From Bigelowiella natans CCMP2755 (taxonomy: Eukaryota > Protista > Cercozoa): a stretch of DNA of 41,926 nucleotides. The stretch spans positions 1-41,926 of the forward strand of contig ADNK01002545.1 in NCBI GenBank assembly GCA_000320545.1, read 5' to 3'. Positions 28,556-39,591 of the stretch are shown piece by piece (the stretch's first letter is position 1; each line of letters opens with the position of its first letter). Below the pieces are notes generated by a model. It was not told the origin of the DNA. It did no database searches and worked only from the letters and a program-made list of their open reading frames with translations. The position numbers and the translations under genes are program-made.

Positions 28556-28869
28556 TACTGAAATGTTACGTTACTATCGCCTAGTCACGTCTCCGTCTCC
28601 TTTTTAATTCCATTTTTAATTAAAACCCTGACTATCGAAAGTAATAGTACTGAAATGTTACGTTACTATCGCCTAGTCACGTCTCCGTCTCCTTTTTAAT
28701 TCCATTTTTAATTAAAACCCTGACTATCGAAAGTAATAGTACTGAAATGTTACGTTACTATCGCCTACTCCGTCTCCTTTTTAATTCCATTTTTAATTAA
28801 AACCCTGAGACTATCAAAAGTAATAGTACTGAAATGTTACGTTACTATCGCCTAGTCACGTCTCCGTCT
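28556..28869 (+). repeat. Tandem repeat, 92-bp unit, about 3.5 copies
   Basis: Unit TACTGAAATGTTACGTTACTATCGCCTAGTCACGTCTCCGTCTCCTTTTTAATTCC... starts at 28556, 28648, 28740 and 28827. Copy 3 has a 7-nt deletion and a 2-nt insertion. Confidence 0.95.
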
Positions 28870-28881
28870 ACAAACGTAATA

Positions 28882-30231
28882 ATGGACCCCACTCTGAACA
28901 TCATCTCCAAGCCGGCGGTCTTTCTAGCCCAGGGGCTGTTGAACAAGAAGGAAGACGATGCGGAAAATGTTATTTCGAGCATTTGGACGGTCCCCCCTAC
29001 GATTTCTGATGCCTTCGCACTGCCTCTCGGCACGCGATTGACCATGCTTGCGAACTTTGGCTCCGGGGTCAAATCGGGGGTGATGATTTGCATCCTTCAA
29101 CTTGTGATATCGGTCATCTACTTCACGAGATACATGGACAATGTTGACAGCATATGTAATTCATATGGCTTCTGCGATCAGAAAGTTCCTCGTCTAATGC
29201 AGGCAATGTTTGCTCTGACACTAGGGGAAATCATTGTCGACAGCTACTTTGGAATATTCTACATCGTCGAAACCCAACAAATCCAGAAACTCGTCATGTG
29301 GGTTGCATCACATTCAAATCTGCAGCCGAAGGAGGCTTATAATGTGCTGGACGTAATGTTGTGGGTGATTGCCGCGTTTATCATTTCGATCTTGGCTATA
29401 TGTTATGTTTTAAATAGCATCATCGTGTACTACACGCCTGATGATTGGTGGGTATTCGTATTCCACCTTGTCAATTGTTACAACACTTGGTGTACATTTT
29501 TTCTCTCGGCTGTGTGGGTCTGGGAAAATTGGATGCTAAATCGTGTTGGGGATTTCTACGTCCAAAAGCGCTTAGAAGGGGATTTTGGTTCAGATGGAGT
29601 TGTTGCGGGGATCAGATGCCATGAACTTCTTCAAAAAATGTCAGAAGTGTCTGGAACATGGGCGATAAATCATGGATTCCGTGTTTTCTTTGCATTTTTT
29701 GATATTACATTATATCTTTCATGGTATATCGTCACCTTGAATAAGATCGAGGCGGAAAATAAATTGGTGGAGAAGTGCGTTCCCGCAATGAACGTGCTTG
29801 TCCTGGTTTTAGCAATAGCATTCTATCTGATTGTTGTATTGACGCTCGTCGCGCCTGGATTTGTAACTTCCAAGTTCTTCAGCTCCCTCCAGTTGAAAGT
29901 TTCAAAGATGGCAACATGGGTAACCCACGATTTCATGCGACCTCGCATGCCTTCAGAAGTTGAACTAGAGGACTCAAAGCAAGGGATTGAATCAAGGAAA
30001 GATTCGCATAAGAAGAAAAGATCCATAGACGTTCATCACATCGATAGTCAGCAACAAGCTGGATTGTTTCACCAAACATGTACAATGTTCATGGTGAGGT
30101 TTGGGTTCGTAAAAGACTCTGGCGGGATGCACTTTGCCGGTCTTCCCATCGGTGTTGGGCAAGCTTTAACTGTGATTATGGTATCAGCCTACATACAGTA
30201 TGACATCATTAGGATCATTGCATCGGAATAA
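28882..30231 (+). CDS. Intronless 449-aa seven-transmembrane protein, candidate 7TM ion channel (gustatory/odorant receptor-DUF3537-like)
   Basis: Seven hydrophobic segments, long loops after TM4 (HELLQKMSEVSGTW) and TM6 (APGFVTS...), and a split C-terminal TM7 GMHFAGLPIGVGQALTVIMVSAYIQY. Normal Tyr content. The upstream in-frame ATG at 28834 lies inside the tandem repeat. Confidence 0.7.
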   Translation: MDPTLNIISKPAVFLAQGLLNKKEDDAENVISSIWTVPPTISDAFALPLGTRLTMLANFGSGVKSGVMICILQLVISVIYFTRYMDNVDSICNSYGFCDQKVPRLMQAMFALTLGEIIVDSYFGIFYIVETQQIQKLVMWVASHSNLQPKEAYNVLDVMLWVIAAFIISILAICYVLNSIIVYYTPDDWWVFVFHLVNCYNTWCTFFLSAVWVWENWMLNRVGDFYVQKRLEGDFGSDGVVAGIRCHELLQKMSEVSGTWAINHGFRVFFAFFDITLYLSWYIVTLNKIEAENKLVEKCVPAMNVLVLVLAIAFYLIVVLTLVAPGFVTSKFFSSLQLKVSKMATWVTHDFMRPRMPSEVELEDSKQGIESRKDSHKKKRSIDVHHIDSQQQAGLFHQTCTMFMVRFGFVKDSGGMHFAGLPIGVGQALTVIMVSAYIQYDIIRIIASE

Positions 30232-30465
30232 ACATCGCGAAGCCTTCACATGAGTCGTGGGTGTGCACAGTATCTAGCGCATGGCAATGTCATCGGACTA
30301 AGACTACCTCATGATTTAAAATTTGAATCCCAATTTTTAAGTACCACAAATAGTGGGAATGGTAGTGACATACTCTAGTACTCTCTGCTCGAATTCGAGT
30401 TCATCTACATAGCTAACATGCAGCATGCACTTTACTTTTGTCGCACACACAGCCATGCACACATG

Positions 30466-30501
<36 letters not shown>

Positions 30502-31000
30502 CTCCTACACACGTACATAACTACATATGTTCGCACGTGCGTACGCTATATAGCCAATAAAGGCTATAGACAGCATATCAACAATAGTCACCGCTTTTAG
30601 ATAAAAATATGTCATGCGCTAGATCTGAAGTTGAACTCCTGATCGATTGAATAATCATATCAGAACATGTTTGGAAATCCTAGTAACGGCCAACGCATCG
30701 TGCCCTTCCGTGATGATGCATACATATATATATGTATATATATACATATATATTTTAGTATCGTATCGCATCATCGTATCCTATCGACATGATGATCGTA
30801 GCTTTATGTCGCTCATGTCGTGTACGCAGCTATCACAAGCTAGCTACACCTAAGTCTAGAGGTGGCTTAGATACAGTGTAACAACGCGATTATTAGACAT
30901 GCAGTTTGGCATGTAGGTTTGATAAGCGCAGGTGTCTCCATCTAGCCCGACCGATCTAGCTGTTGCCGCATGCTAGCATGAGACCGTTTTTGCGTCAGCT

Positions 31001-32388
31001 TCAGTTGTCATTGTGCATGATGTGTCGATCACATTTGCAAGCATCATCATTGTACATGCGGGTCTTGTTGACCTGGAATCCAACCCAATTTTCAGTTTTC
31101 ACATTCGAAAAGTGTTGTGTTCCGGGGAAGTTCCCCGTGAAATGACACGAAAACCTTTGTAGCTCACCGCGCTTGAAACGTGGCCCTGAATTCGGATTGC
31201 TGTGTGCTCGGCTTGCCTGCTCGTGAATCTGACTCGCAATCTGCAGCCTGGCATCGTCACTTGCATGAATGCCCAACCCACTTTCGCCAATGCGCTCCAG
31301 TGAGCTTCGATGCACCGGCATCGCATCGCGCACATCCACCGCACTGATGTTGCGTCTCGTGTTTGTCGTGGGGCAAATCACGTTCAGAGTGTTCAATGTG
31401 TCATCACGTGGATCTTTGAGCGCAGAGTCAACAATGCATGGCATGCTGGCCCTGAAATCCACATGCTGCTTCCGAAAGACATCGCCCCCATTCAGTTTCG
31501 CTCGAGGGGGTTTGATCGCCTTCCTTGGAAAATGTTCATTCATCACAGATTGCTGAATCGCCACGAACCGACCATTCAAGTCATTCACATCGACTCCCAC
31601 TGCTTCTTTCAGTTTGACATCTTTTGGCAATTCGGGTGCCTTCAGTGGGTTGCCTTGAATGCATTCCTTCAACTTGTTCCACATCTTGACAATCGGCGAC
31701 AATGTCTCCTCATGTTTGGGATGCAGCTTTGCCCAGTCAACAGACGGTGCGGGCGGTTTGAGCAACCTTGGTATTCACGTCGCCACAAATGCAAGAGCTC
31801 ACAGTGGATGTGTTGTGGCCAATGATTGCCACAAAAAAAAAGCAACCCAGAAGTCCAAGAAAAGTCTGCGGAGTGTTTGGATTCCAGCCGCACTTGGAGT
31901 GTTCCCTGGCTGACCGAACGTGTCCCAGGGTCGAACAACGTCAAACGCCATGACCCTGTTTGCTTTCATCTTTGAGCGTTCAGCTTCAAGCCGTTGTCGG
32001 AGCCTGTCGGAGCCTGTCTGTGCCAAGTGTGTGGGGTCCGTTGGCATGTCTTGCAATCTGTGGATCATCTTTTGGTTTTGGATGCAGCCGTTGATGGGGG
32101 ATGAAGTCATCATTTTTTTCCTCCAGCCATCGAGGTGTTGCCGTGGAACCACGTGGAGTCCCGAAGACAACGCTGATTGTGGTTTCAGGAGTTCAAAGAC
32201 CGCATTCAGGACCTGGTCATGCGCGAACTCCCTGAACGTTTCGTGAAATGAAGCAGCTGCTTCATCGGACATTCGCATGCATCTCTCTCTGAAGGGCCCA
32301 TCTCTGGCCAAGGCGCAGAAAAACATGTCTTGCACCAAGTGCAGGAGCCCCTCGCCCTTTTCAAGCATGCACTGAACAAACCTCACGT
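31001..32388 (-). pseudogene. 3' part of a long intronless gene of unknown function interrupted by the LTR element
   Basis: ORF segments 32388-31799 and 31765-31001 are in one frame, separated by two TGA codons (31799, 31775). They join in frame to the 37661-38490 ORF once the element and one ACGT are removed (..SKCSN-V-RFVQ..). Confidence 0.65.
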
Positions 32389-32586
32389 TGCAGGTCGATG
32401 GTTGATTGAGCTGTGTTTCAATTGCATGTCGCGACTTGTGCATGTGACGATGCCATGAGCGCAATGCGGAACATTCTGCGAACCTTCTTGCGACATGTCC
32501 TGTTCTGCTGCAGCTAAGCATTGCAGCGACTGCTGCAGTTGAGCATTGCAGCGACCACACTGAGTCAGCCATTGCTACGCATCACA
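32389..32586 (-). repeat. 3' LTR
   Basis: 198 bp with 8 mismatches to 37463-37660, preceded on the minus strand by the PPT GGGGGAGG (32587-32594). Contains an internal 25-bp tandem duplication. Confidence 0.95.
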
Positions 32587-32615
32587 CCTCCCCCAGTCGC
32601 GAAGATGCAGCGCTC

Positions 32616-35500
32616 TCAAGCAGCAGTGAACTTCATGAGATGCCAGTCGATGGCTTCGTCCCTGAAGTCTCTTCCTTGGTCATCTTGCCAGAAGTTGTCT
32701 TCGTCTTTGATCTCGACAGCATGCCAACTGTCTGACAAGTCCTCGAGCTGTGAAAACCAACGTTCACATTGTGGTTCTGGCACAGCAGCGCAGACTGAAC
32801 GATGATCTCCTCTCTTCAGCTTCTTCAGCAGCCTTTCCATGTTGCTTCTGCCTGGACATCCAGCAAACACGGTCTTGTTCTTCCAGTCGTCGTCGAATCC
32901 ACAGTCAGTGTTGTCGTGGCCTGTGTCGAAGTCCGGCTTTGCTCCAATGGTGTCTCGGGCAACATCCCATGTCTCATCGTTCATCTCAGCATGTCGCAAA
33001 ACATCATCACCAATGGAATGATTCTTGAGGTGATCAATGAACCTGTCAGATGCTCTCTTGCCGTCCCAGACGCGACAAACTCTTTTGCCGATTCGTTCCG
33101 TGACTTTGGCCACCTTGTTCCAGAACGGATCTTCCTTCTCTCTGCTTCTGGTGGGTTTTCTTGCTCTGACCAGAGTTCCAGTCTTTGTGATCCGTCCATC
33201 GCACTTGACTGAAGTCTTTGAATCGTCCTTCTTCTTGGATGCGCCCCCAGATGGACGAGTGAAGAATGGCAACAAGTGACGAATGCTGTCTGGAGTCGTC
33301 CCGTGAACTCTGCACAGTGCAGCGATGACGCGATGCAGACGTTCCACCATGGCGTCATTTTGTGGTCTGTCAACAGGACCTGGTTGCACATTGGGATGAG
33401 GCAATGCAATTGGAGTGACCTCGTCATCGACGTGCAGCTTCTTGGGAGTTCCGTTCTCTGATTCCCAGCATCTGCATTCGTTGTGGACTTTGGCTTTGCA
33501 GACACCTTTGTTTCTCTTCGCCATCCCGACTTTGCAAATTCGGCGAATCCACGGTTCTCCAGTGGCTGCGTCGACAAAAGTCATGTGCCACACACCGGAA
33601 CACTTGTGCATGTCAATCTGGACGACATCGAAACGTTCTTTGGCGCAGATCCGCCCAGAAGACTTGGATGATTTGCTTTCATGTCGGGGTGTTCCTGCAG
33701 CTTTGAGAGCAGCACACTTGCAGCCCTGGATGTGTTGTCGGGAATCTGGTGGTTTCTTTGACCAGCAACACTTTGAAAGGCGCATTGCCATGTTGGTGTC
33801 GCTGGCATGATCATTGCCATGAGCTTCGCACAAGAGTCTCAATCGTTGACGCTTGGGCACACAAGTTCTCCATTCTCCACCAGTGAACACTTCAACGCGA
33901 TCTTCGAGGCGTCGGATGCGCAACTTCTTCAGTTCAGCTTCGACAACTGATGCCGCCGACTCTTTTGTGTCAGGCACAAAACCTGAGTCATCCTCGAAGA
34001 GATTGTGCAGGGTGTCGGGCACAAAGTCAGCAGGTGGGCGCTGGAATGGACGCGACCATGTGTCTGCGAGCTGTTCGTCACCAGGCACATGTCTGATTCG
34101 CCTGGTGTCGTCAAACTCTTCAGTCTTTGACCTCACATTGGCGAACTGCTCGTTGGCCGTCTCATGGTTTTTGTGAATGCCCAACAGTGGCCTGTGGTCG
34201 ACACAAAGGTCAAAACCATGACGACAGGACAGCAGACATCGTCGGAAACGAAGTTGTCCCTCGGTGCTGGCGAGCAGTTCGCCTTTGGTGGGAGAACATC
34301 TGCTCTCCGCGGGACTGCACGACCTCCCCCAGACGTCAACGACATCACCATCCTGGGTGAGCACAGCAGCTGTGCCGAGTTTGGACCAGTCGGTCCAGAG
34401 GATTGTGGATTTTGCGTCTTCGTTGAACGTGTTCCTCATCAATTCCGAGCTGATCATGCCTTTCAATTTGTCGCAAGGTTCATCTGAGTTTGCTTCACCC
34501 CACACCTTGGCGAAAGGCTCTTTGTCGTTGGGCTTGCGGTGGGCGGTGGTGAACGCAGCAGCAGTTTGGGCGCACGTGGTCGCACATCGTTTGAGGATCC
34601 ATCCTGCCATGGCCAGGAACGAACGTGGGTCGGCCACACTCTTGGGCTTCCCCACTTGGCGCACCTGTTCGACTTTGGCCGGATTTGGTGCGATCTTTCC
34701 GTGTGACACCAGGTGACCGACCCATGGGATTTCTGTTTGCAAAAATGGAGATTTGGGTGCACGTGTTGTGAACCCGAAGAGCTGTGATCTTGGAAATGCG
34801 CACTCTGACACAAACACGTGTGCTGCGACTGTTGCGGTTCCTGTGCAGTCGTCATCAATGTGGACCCAAACGAAGATCCACAACAGTGGAGCTCCGCCGT
34901 CGTGGGAGTGGGCGCGAAAGCCAGCTTCGCTGAAACAGTCTCCGGACATCGATGACCCATGCGGGAATGCTCGAAAGTGCCACTTGCCGTCTCCAGTTGA
35001 GAATCCTGTGAGAGGACGAGACTGCTCACGGATTGGGATCTGTGTGCACGCCTCGTTTTCATCCAGAGTCGTGAAGATCTTCGTCATGGTCAGCTCGTCT
35101 GGCATCTCGTCGATCTTTCTCACCGGGAAGTGGCGTCTCTTCAATGTCTTGTTCACGCGACGCAGATTGTGTGCCAGTCTGAAACACGGGAATGTTTCTT
35201 TCTTTGCGAGGATGAGCGGGCTGTCATGTCCAGACGTTGAGGGTTCGACTTTGCCGTCGTTTGTCCATTTCTGAACCTGCCACCGCATCTTCTCATGGTC
35301 CACTTGTGGTCTCGATGGCTCGGGCACGTGCACGATGTCACTTTCGTGTCCCTCCTTGAGCTCCATGCGTGCTGGATCAATGTCAGGTGAAGGTCCTTTT
35401 CTGGGCATTGTGATGTTTTTGCATTTCCGTTTTGACAATGCCTGAACACACCTTCTGCCCTGCTCTGCAGACCAGTCGTCAAGCTGGCGTGCGCTCGAGC
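32616..35500 (-). pseudogene. pol: pol: reverse transcriptase, RNase H, integrase and a C-terminal Dam-like domain
   Basis: RT: IFTTLDENEA(C<-Y)TQIP, KW(H<-Y)FRAFP(H<-Y)G, V(H<-Y)IDD. RNase H: LWTDWS, (C<-Y)SPTKGELLA, VDHRPL, LADTWSR. IN: H-x3-H...CKC, VQID, VDDE, VERLHR. Confidence 0.92.
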
Positions 35501-37422
35501 AAATCGGCGATTTGGCGCAGGTTCTTGTTCGGGTGACGTTCCTGACATTCCTCAGGCGCAGGTGGGTTGCGTTCGAAGTCGGTGGACGATGCATTCGCTG
35601 GTTCTTTCCGTTTTCCAACAGGCAGCATGGGCAGGTGTGCCATCTTCCCCTCGGCTTCATGGCGCGGGAAGAACGTCTTTCCGTGATGGTGCGAAGTGAT
35701 CGCCTTGTGTGCGTGAAGGAAATCGGACCTCAGGATGCAGTTTGTTGATGTGTCCCCGGTGACATGCAGCTTGGCTGGGAGGCGCACGGTCGCACCGGGG
35801 ATGCTCACGTCGGTCTCAAGGGTGCCCATGGAGGAGAAACCGCCGCCCTTCTTTGCCGTCCCATGATCTGACCTGTGGACATTTGCTTTTCCTGAAAGGC
35901 CGAGCTCTTGCACCTTCTTCATTGCAATGCAACTCAGGGGAATCGAACCAGAATCCAAAAGTGCGGTGACCTCACGATTGTTCATCTTTGCCCTCGCCAT
36001 GGAGATCTTGAGGCCTTCATTGCCTTCGGAAGCCGTCGGCATCTCAAGATCGCGGATCTGTTCGGAGGCGTTGTTGCATCCAACAACTTGGGCGATTTCT
36101 TCTGAGGACAGGCCTTGATCGCTCTGCGATCCCAAAGTGCTTTGAAGCTGGGCGATTTTGTCTCGAGTCAACCCGGAGTTTGTTGTTTTGTGGGGAGCAG
36201 CATTCGCAGAGCCTTCCCCGCGGCGATGCTTGAGCAGGCCCGCGAGCACCTCGTTGGCTTTGACGTTGTGGAGACGTCCCCGTCTTGATCTTGGGTGAGC
36301 ACCTTTCTGTTTGTCTCTTCCATCTTTCCTCTTTTTCTCGACATCTTTGAGTCTTTTCCAAGTGGTTTCGGGCAAGCCACGTGCTTTCCTGGGGCACCTA
36401 GACGCACAACAATCCTTCCCCTTGCACCACCCGCATCTCTTTTCGTCAGTTTTGAAACACATTGCTGTTTCGGGTGCACCGTGCCTGTTCATCATGTTGA
36501 GCGATCCTTTTGTCTCGTTTTGATCGTTGGATGTTTCCTTGTCATTCGCTTCTGATGCTGCTTTCGCGAATGTGTCTGTCTTTGTGTCATCGAGGGATTG
36601 CATGTGTGCCTTGACCAACAACGTGTTTTTGAACATCGCAAGTTTCTGTTCCTTGGCAACCTTGCATCCTTGATGACCTAGGTCTCGGACTGGATTTGCG
36701 CACCTCGTTCGGTGGTCAATTGCAGTTTCGGAATCCTTTTGCCGGACAGCTCGCCACTTGTTTGGCAGCACAGGGAGAGAGTTGAGATCCATTTCACCAA
36801 CGAACTCCTCCATCAGCGCGCAGACATCGGTGCCCCCTTGCATCTTGTGTTCCACTTTCAATTGATTGACGCGCTCGCTTCCTGACTTGCATGTGTTCTC
36901 CAAAGATTTCTTTGTCAACATTGACCAGGTGGTCTTCGCTGCGTCGTTCGCGTCTGGATGTGCTTCTTCGAGTTTGTCCTTGGTGTCTGTCCACCATCGG
37001 CGTGCCTCTCCGCGAGATCCATCGCAAGTGGGCAGGTTCAACGTGACCTCACTCACCACCGTGGGTTTGATGATCCTTGACTTGTTCTCCACTGCAGGCG
37101 CCTTCACATCGTCACCAACGTCGGAGTTCCTGCTGTTCGTCGCAGGCTGGAACAAGTCCCTCCATGCCGTGATGGTCCTGGTGGGCGGCCTGATCGTGGA
37201 CAAACACGTCGCCACCTCTTCGGCCGCGGCGTCAAACGTGAATTGGTCGCACTCCTTGATCAGGGCACCGCGAATCAGCGCGAGTTCCAGCTTGGTTGCT
37301 TTCCCATTTCGCAGCGCGACGAGCATCTCCTCCCGTGCTTTGACGTCGTCCGGGTCCTGCGCGAATGCATCAATGGCATTGGTGATCGCCAAGCGCAGTT
37401 CCTTGCGTGATGGTTGTGCCAT
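35479..37422 (-). pseudogene. gag: gag-protease
   Basis: 647-aa ORF starting just after the PBS, with a zinc-knuckle remnant CGWCKGKDCCASRCP and the aspartic protease motif ALLDSGS. Offset from the pol frame near 35490. Confidence 0.88.
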
Positions 37423-37440
37423 GGTGAATGGGTGTCAGTT

Positions 37441-37460
37441 TCCCTTGTTTGTGGAAGCCA
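37441..37460 (-). promoter_or_regulatory. Putative primer-binding site
   Basis: Minus strand TGGCTTCCACAAACAAGGGA starts 2 nt after the 5' LTR. TGG pairs with the tRNA CCA end. Cognate tRNA not identified. Confidence 0.65.
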
Positions 37461-37462
37461 GA

Positions 37463-37660
37463 TGCAGGTCGATGGTTGATTGAGCTGTGTTTCAATTGCA
37501 TGTCGCGACTTGTGCACGTGACGATGCCATGAGCGCGCTGCGGAACACTCTGCGAACCTTCTTGCGACATGTCCTGTTCTGCTGCAGCTGAGCATTGCAG
37601 CGACTGCTGCAGTTGAGCATTGCAGCGACCACACTGAGTCAGCTGTTGCTGCGCATCACA
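37463..37660 (-). repeat. 5' LTR
   Basis: 198-bp copy of 32389-32586 with TG...CA termini, flanked by ACGT. Confidence 0.95.
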
Positions 37661-39106
37661 ACGTTGCTGCACTTGGAAGGGGTCATCGCCATTGTCAATG
37701 CCCACTTTGGCCCGGAAATGAATTGCAATGGATTCTTCTTCAGCCAAGATGTGCTGCGAAGTGGCATTTCCCAATTCTCCACGTTGGAAACTCTGTCAAG
37801 AATGCTGCCATCAGGCGCCATCACCCGGAAATCAGCGCGAAATCCGTTGCGAACCTCCATCTTTGCTCTCTCACCTGGGTTGGGGGTCGTTTTCCAATTG
37901 AATGGGTGGGTTCCCTGTCTGTTGGAGTGTTTTTGCACCACCTTCGCAAAAGCCATGTTGCGCTCTCCGCCTGCGAAATCCTTCCACGTGTCCACTGTGC
38001 GACCAGAGGTGTTCAATGCTCCAGTGTCCGAGTCCTTTTTCTTGCCGGCAAGGGCACCAAAAACGGACCCAGCACCGGATGAAAAGAACTTGCCAGCGTC
38101 GGACGCGACCCCTCCCAAGAATCCGCCAGCATCGGATCCCACACCTGAGACAACCCCGAGAGCCTTCCCAAGATTGATGCCCCCTGTCATGTCCATTTTC
38201 GCTTTTTCCAACATCTCTTTCGGGAGATTTTCCATGCGTTTCTTCAATTTGTCGCCGAGCTCACCAGTTGAGTCGGGGAACGGCACTGCCTTGCTCAACT
38301 TGGCAATCCCCTCTGAAGACATCACCTTCTGGCTAGCTGGGCGGAAGACATGCCCTTGTTGACGTTTTTCGTTGCGGTTTTGGTGGATTCTGTGACCCCC
38401 GTCAGGGCTTTGGACACGTCTTCGTTGAGCGCAGACGTCATCTTCTTGGAAACTTCGTGATGGCTTGTGATCAGCAAGATCTGAAATCACTCATTGTTTT
38501 CCCGTGGACATCTCCGAGACGCCCTTCACAACTTTCTGGGTGCTCTCAGAGACCTGCATGGCTTTCAAGCTTTGGTCGGTGATGTTCTTGCCTGTTGCAG
38601 CCGCCGCTTGCATGCTTTGTTTGGATGCATCAACAAGCGCACCAGCCTGATTGCCGATTGAACTCACAACGTTCTTGATGCCTTCTTGCGGAAACCGCAA
38701 GTTTCTGTTCCCGAAAGACGCCAGCGCGGTGAACGGAGAAGCGATGAAGCCAATGGCAGTCTGCAGACCACCCAGCATCCTTGACGTGAAGCCGAACAAG
38801 TGTCCATCTGTGAAACTTCGCGATGTTTTCCCCAGCTCTTGACCGTCTGCGCACGTCTTGAGTGTCTGCAGGGTGGTCTTCGAAAGACCATGAAGGGTCA
38901 GGGCGATGACGACACACGTCACGATGAAGAACAGAGTGCCACCGCGTCGCGTCACAGCGCTGGCGGTTTCCAGTGCGCTTTTCAGAGTGTCGAACAATTC
39001 GGTGAACGTGCTGACTGGCTGCGATGGGGTTTTTGTGCGATGTCGAGCGCGCCGCCAACCACCGCGCGGGAACTTGCGTTCGCTGCATCCGCTGTGGCAA
39101 AGTCAT
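37661..39106 (-). pseudogene. 5' part of the interrupted long gene (N-terminal TM segment, Gly/Ala-rich amphipathic repeats)
   Basis: ORFs 38997-38491 and 38490-37661 are contiguous in one frame across a single TGA. Possible ATG at 39106 with a frameshift in the A5 run near 39030. Contains LFFIVT(C)VVIALTL and GVVSGVGSDAGGFLGGVASDAGKFFSSGAGSVFG. Confidence 0.55.
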
Positions 39107-39192
39107 TTTGGCGCAACTTGCGCCGTGAACACGTGTGAGTGAAAAAACACTTGCCATCGTGTCCAATCAAGAAGTTGCAGTTGGCACACAAA

Positions 39193-39591
39193 TCACAGAT
39201 TGATGTGGACCCTGTTTCCACTTTCCCCCGCAATCACAAGCTGAAAGGAGTTCGGAACAAGGCGTTGCGGTTTCAACAGTTTGAAAGGTTTCGTGTTGAG
39301 CGTGCTGTGAACGTGGTGAAAGTCTGAGGATTTGTGCAGTGTGGATGGTGGATGTTTGAAGTCAGTGCAACGCAGGACAACTTTGACTGGGTGTGGGTCC
39401 AAATTGCATCTCTCAGACAACGCCACCACGACCTCTCCACACGTCTTTCGGGAATCAACGTTTGCGTCCATCGTTGGGCCCACGAACGTGTCAATGCGAG
39501 CGAGGATGTGTTCATTGGTGCACCTTTTGGAAGGAGCTTTGCGTGGGATTTCCAGCGACAACTTTGATCGGTGGTGATTGTTCGAGTTCAT
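39193..39591 (-). pseudogene. Short intronless ORF of unknown function
   Basis: Reads as a plausible globular protein once H/C are reverted to Y (ILARIDTFVGPTMD...VKVVLR(Y)TDFK...FQLVIAGESGNRV(Y)INL). Packed between neighbouring ORFs. Confidence 0.35.

Larger units (their letters stand above)
32389..37660 (-). mobile_element. Full-length Ty3/gypsy LTR retrotransposon (5272 bp), inactivated by TA hypermutation
   Basis: TG...CA direct repeats of 198 bp, 4-bp TSD ACGT (32385-32388 / 37661-37664), PBS-like TGG after the 5' LTR, polypurine tract before the 3' LTR, and domain order gag-PR-RT-RNaseH-IN. Confidence 0.95.

Noticed and set aside
28556-28869. CRISPR array (also considered for 40712-41508)
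   Set aside because: Head-to-tail repeats without unique spacers, eukaryotic context and no cas genes.
28834-28881. ORF-track start of the 7TM protein
   Set aside because: This ATG belongs to the last tandem-repeat unit. The ATG at 28882, in unique sequence, is more plausible.
35470-35510. Programmed gag-pol ribosomal frameshift
   Set aside because: The shift falls after the protease and no slippery heptamer is visible. A small indel in a single polyprotein is more likely.
32616-37422. Alternative genetic code explaining the absence of Tyr
   Set aside because: TA is missing in all codon positions and in non-coding repeats, and neighbouring genes use TAT/TAC normally.
32389-37660. DIRS/tyrosine-recombinase element (suggested by the Dam-like domain)
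   Set aside because: It has direct TG..CA LTRs, a TSD, a PBS/PPT, an aspartic protease and a DDE integrase, and no tyrosine recombinase.
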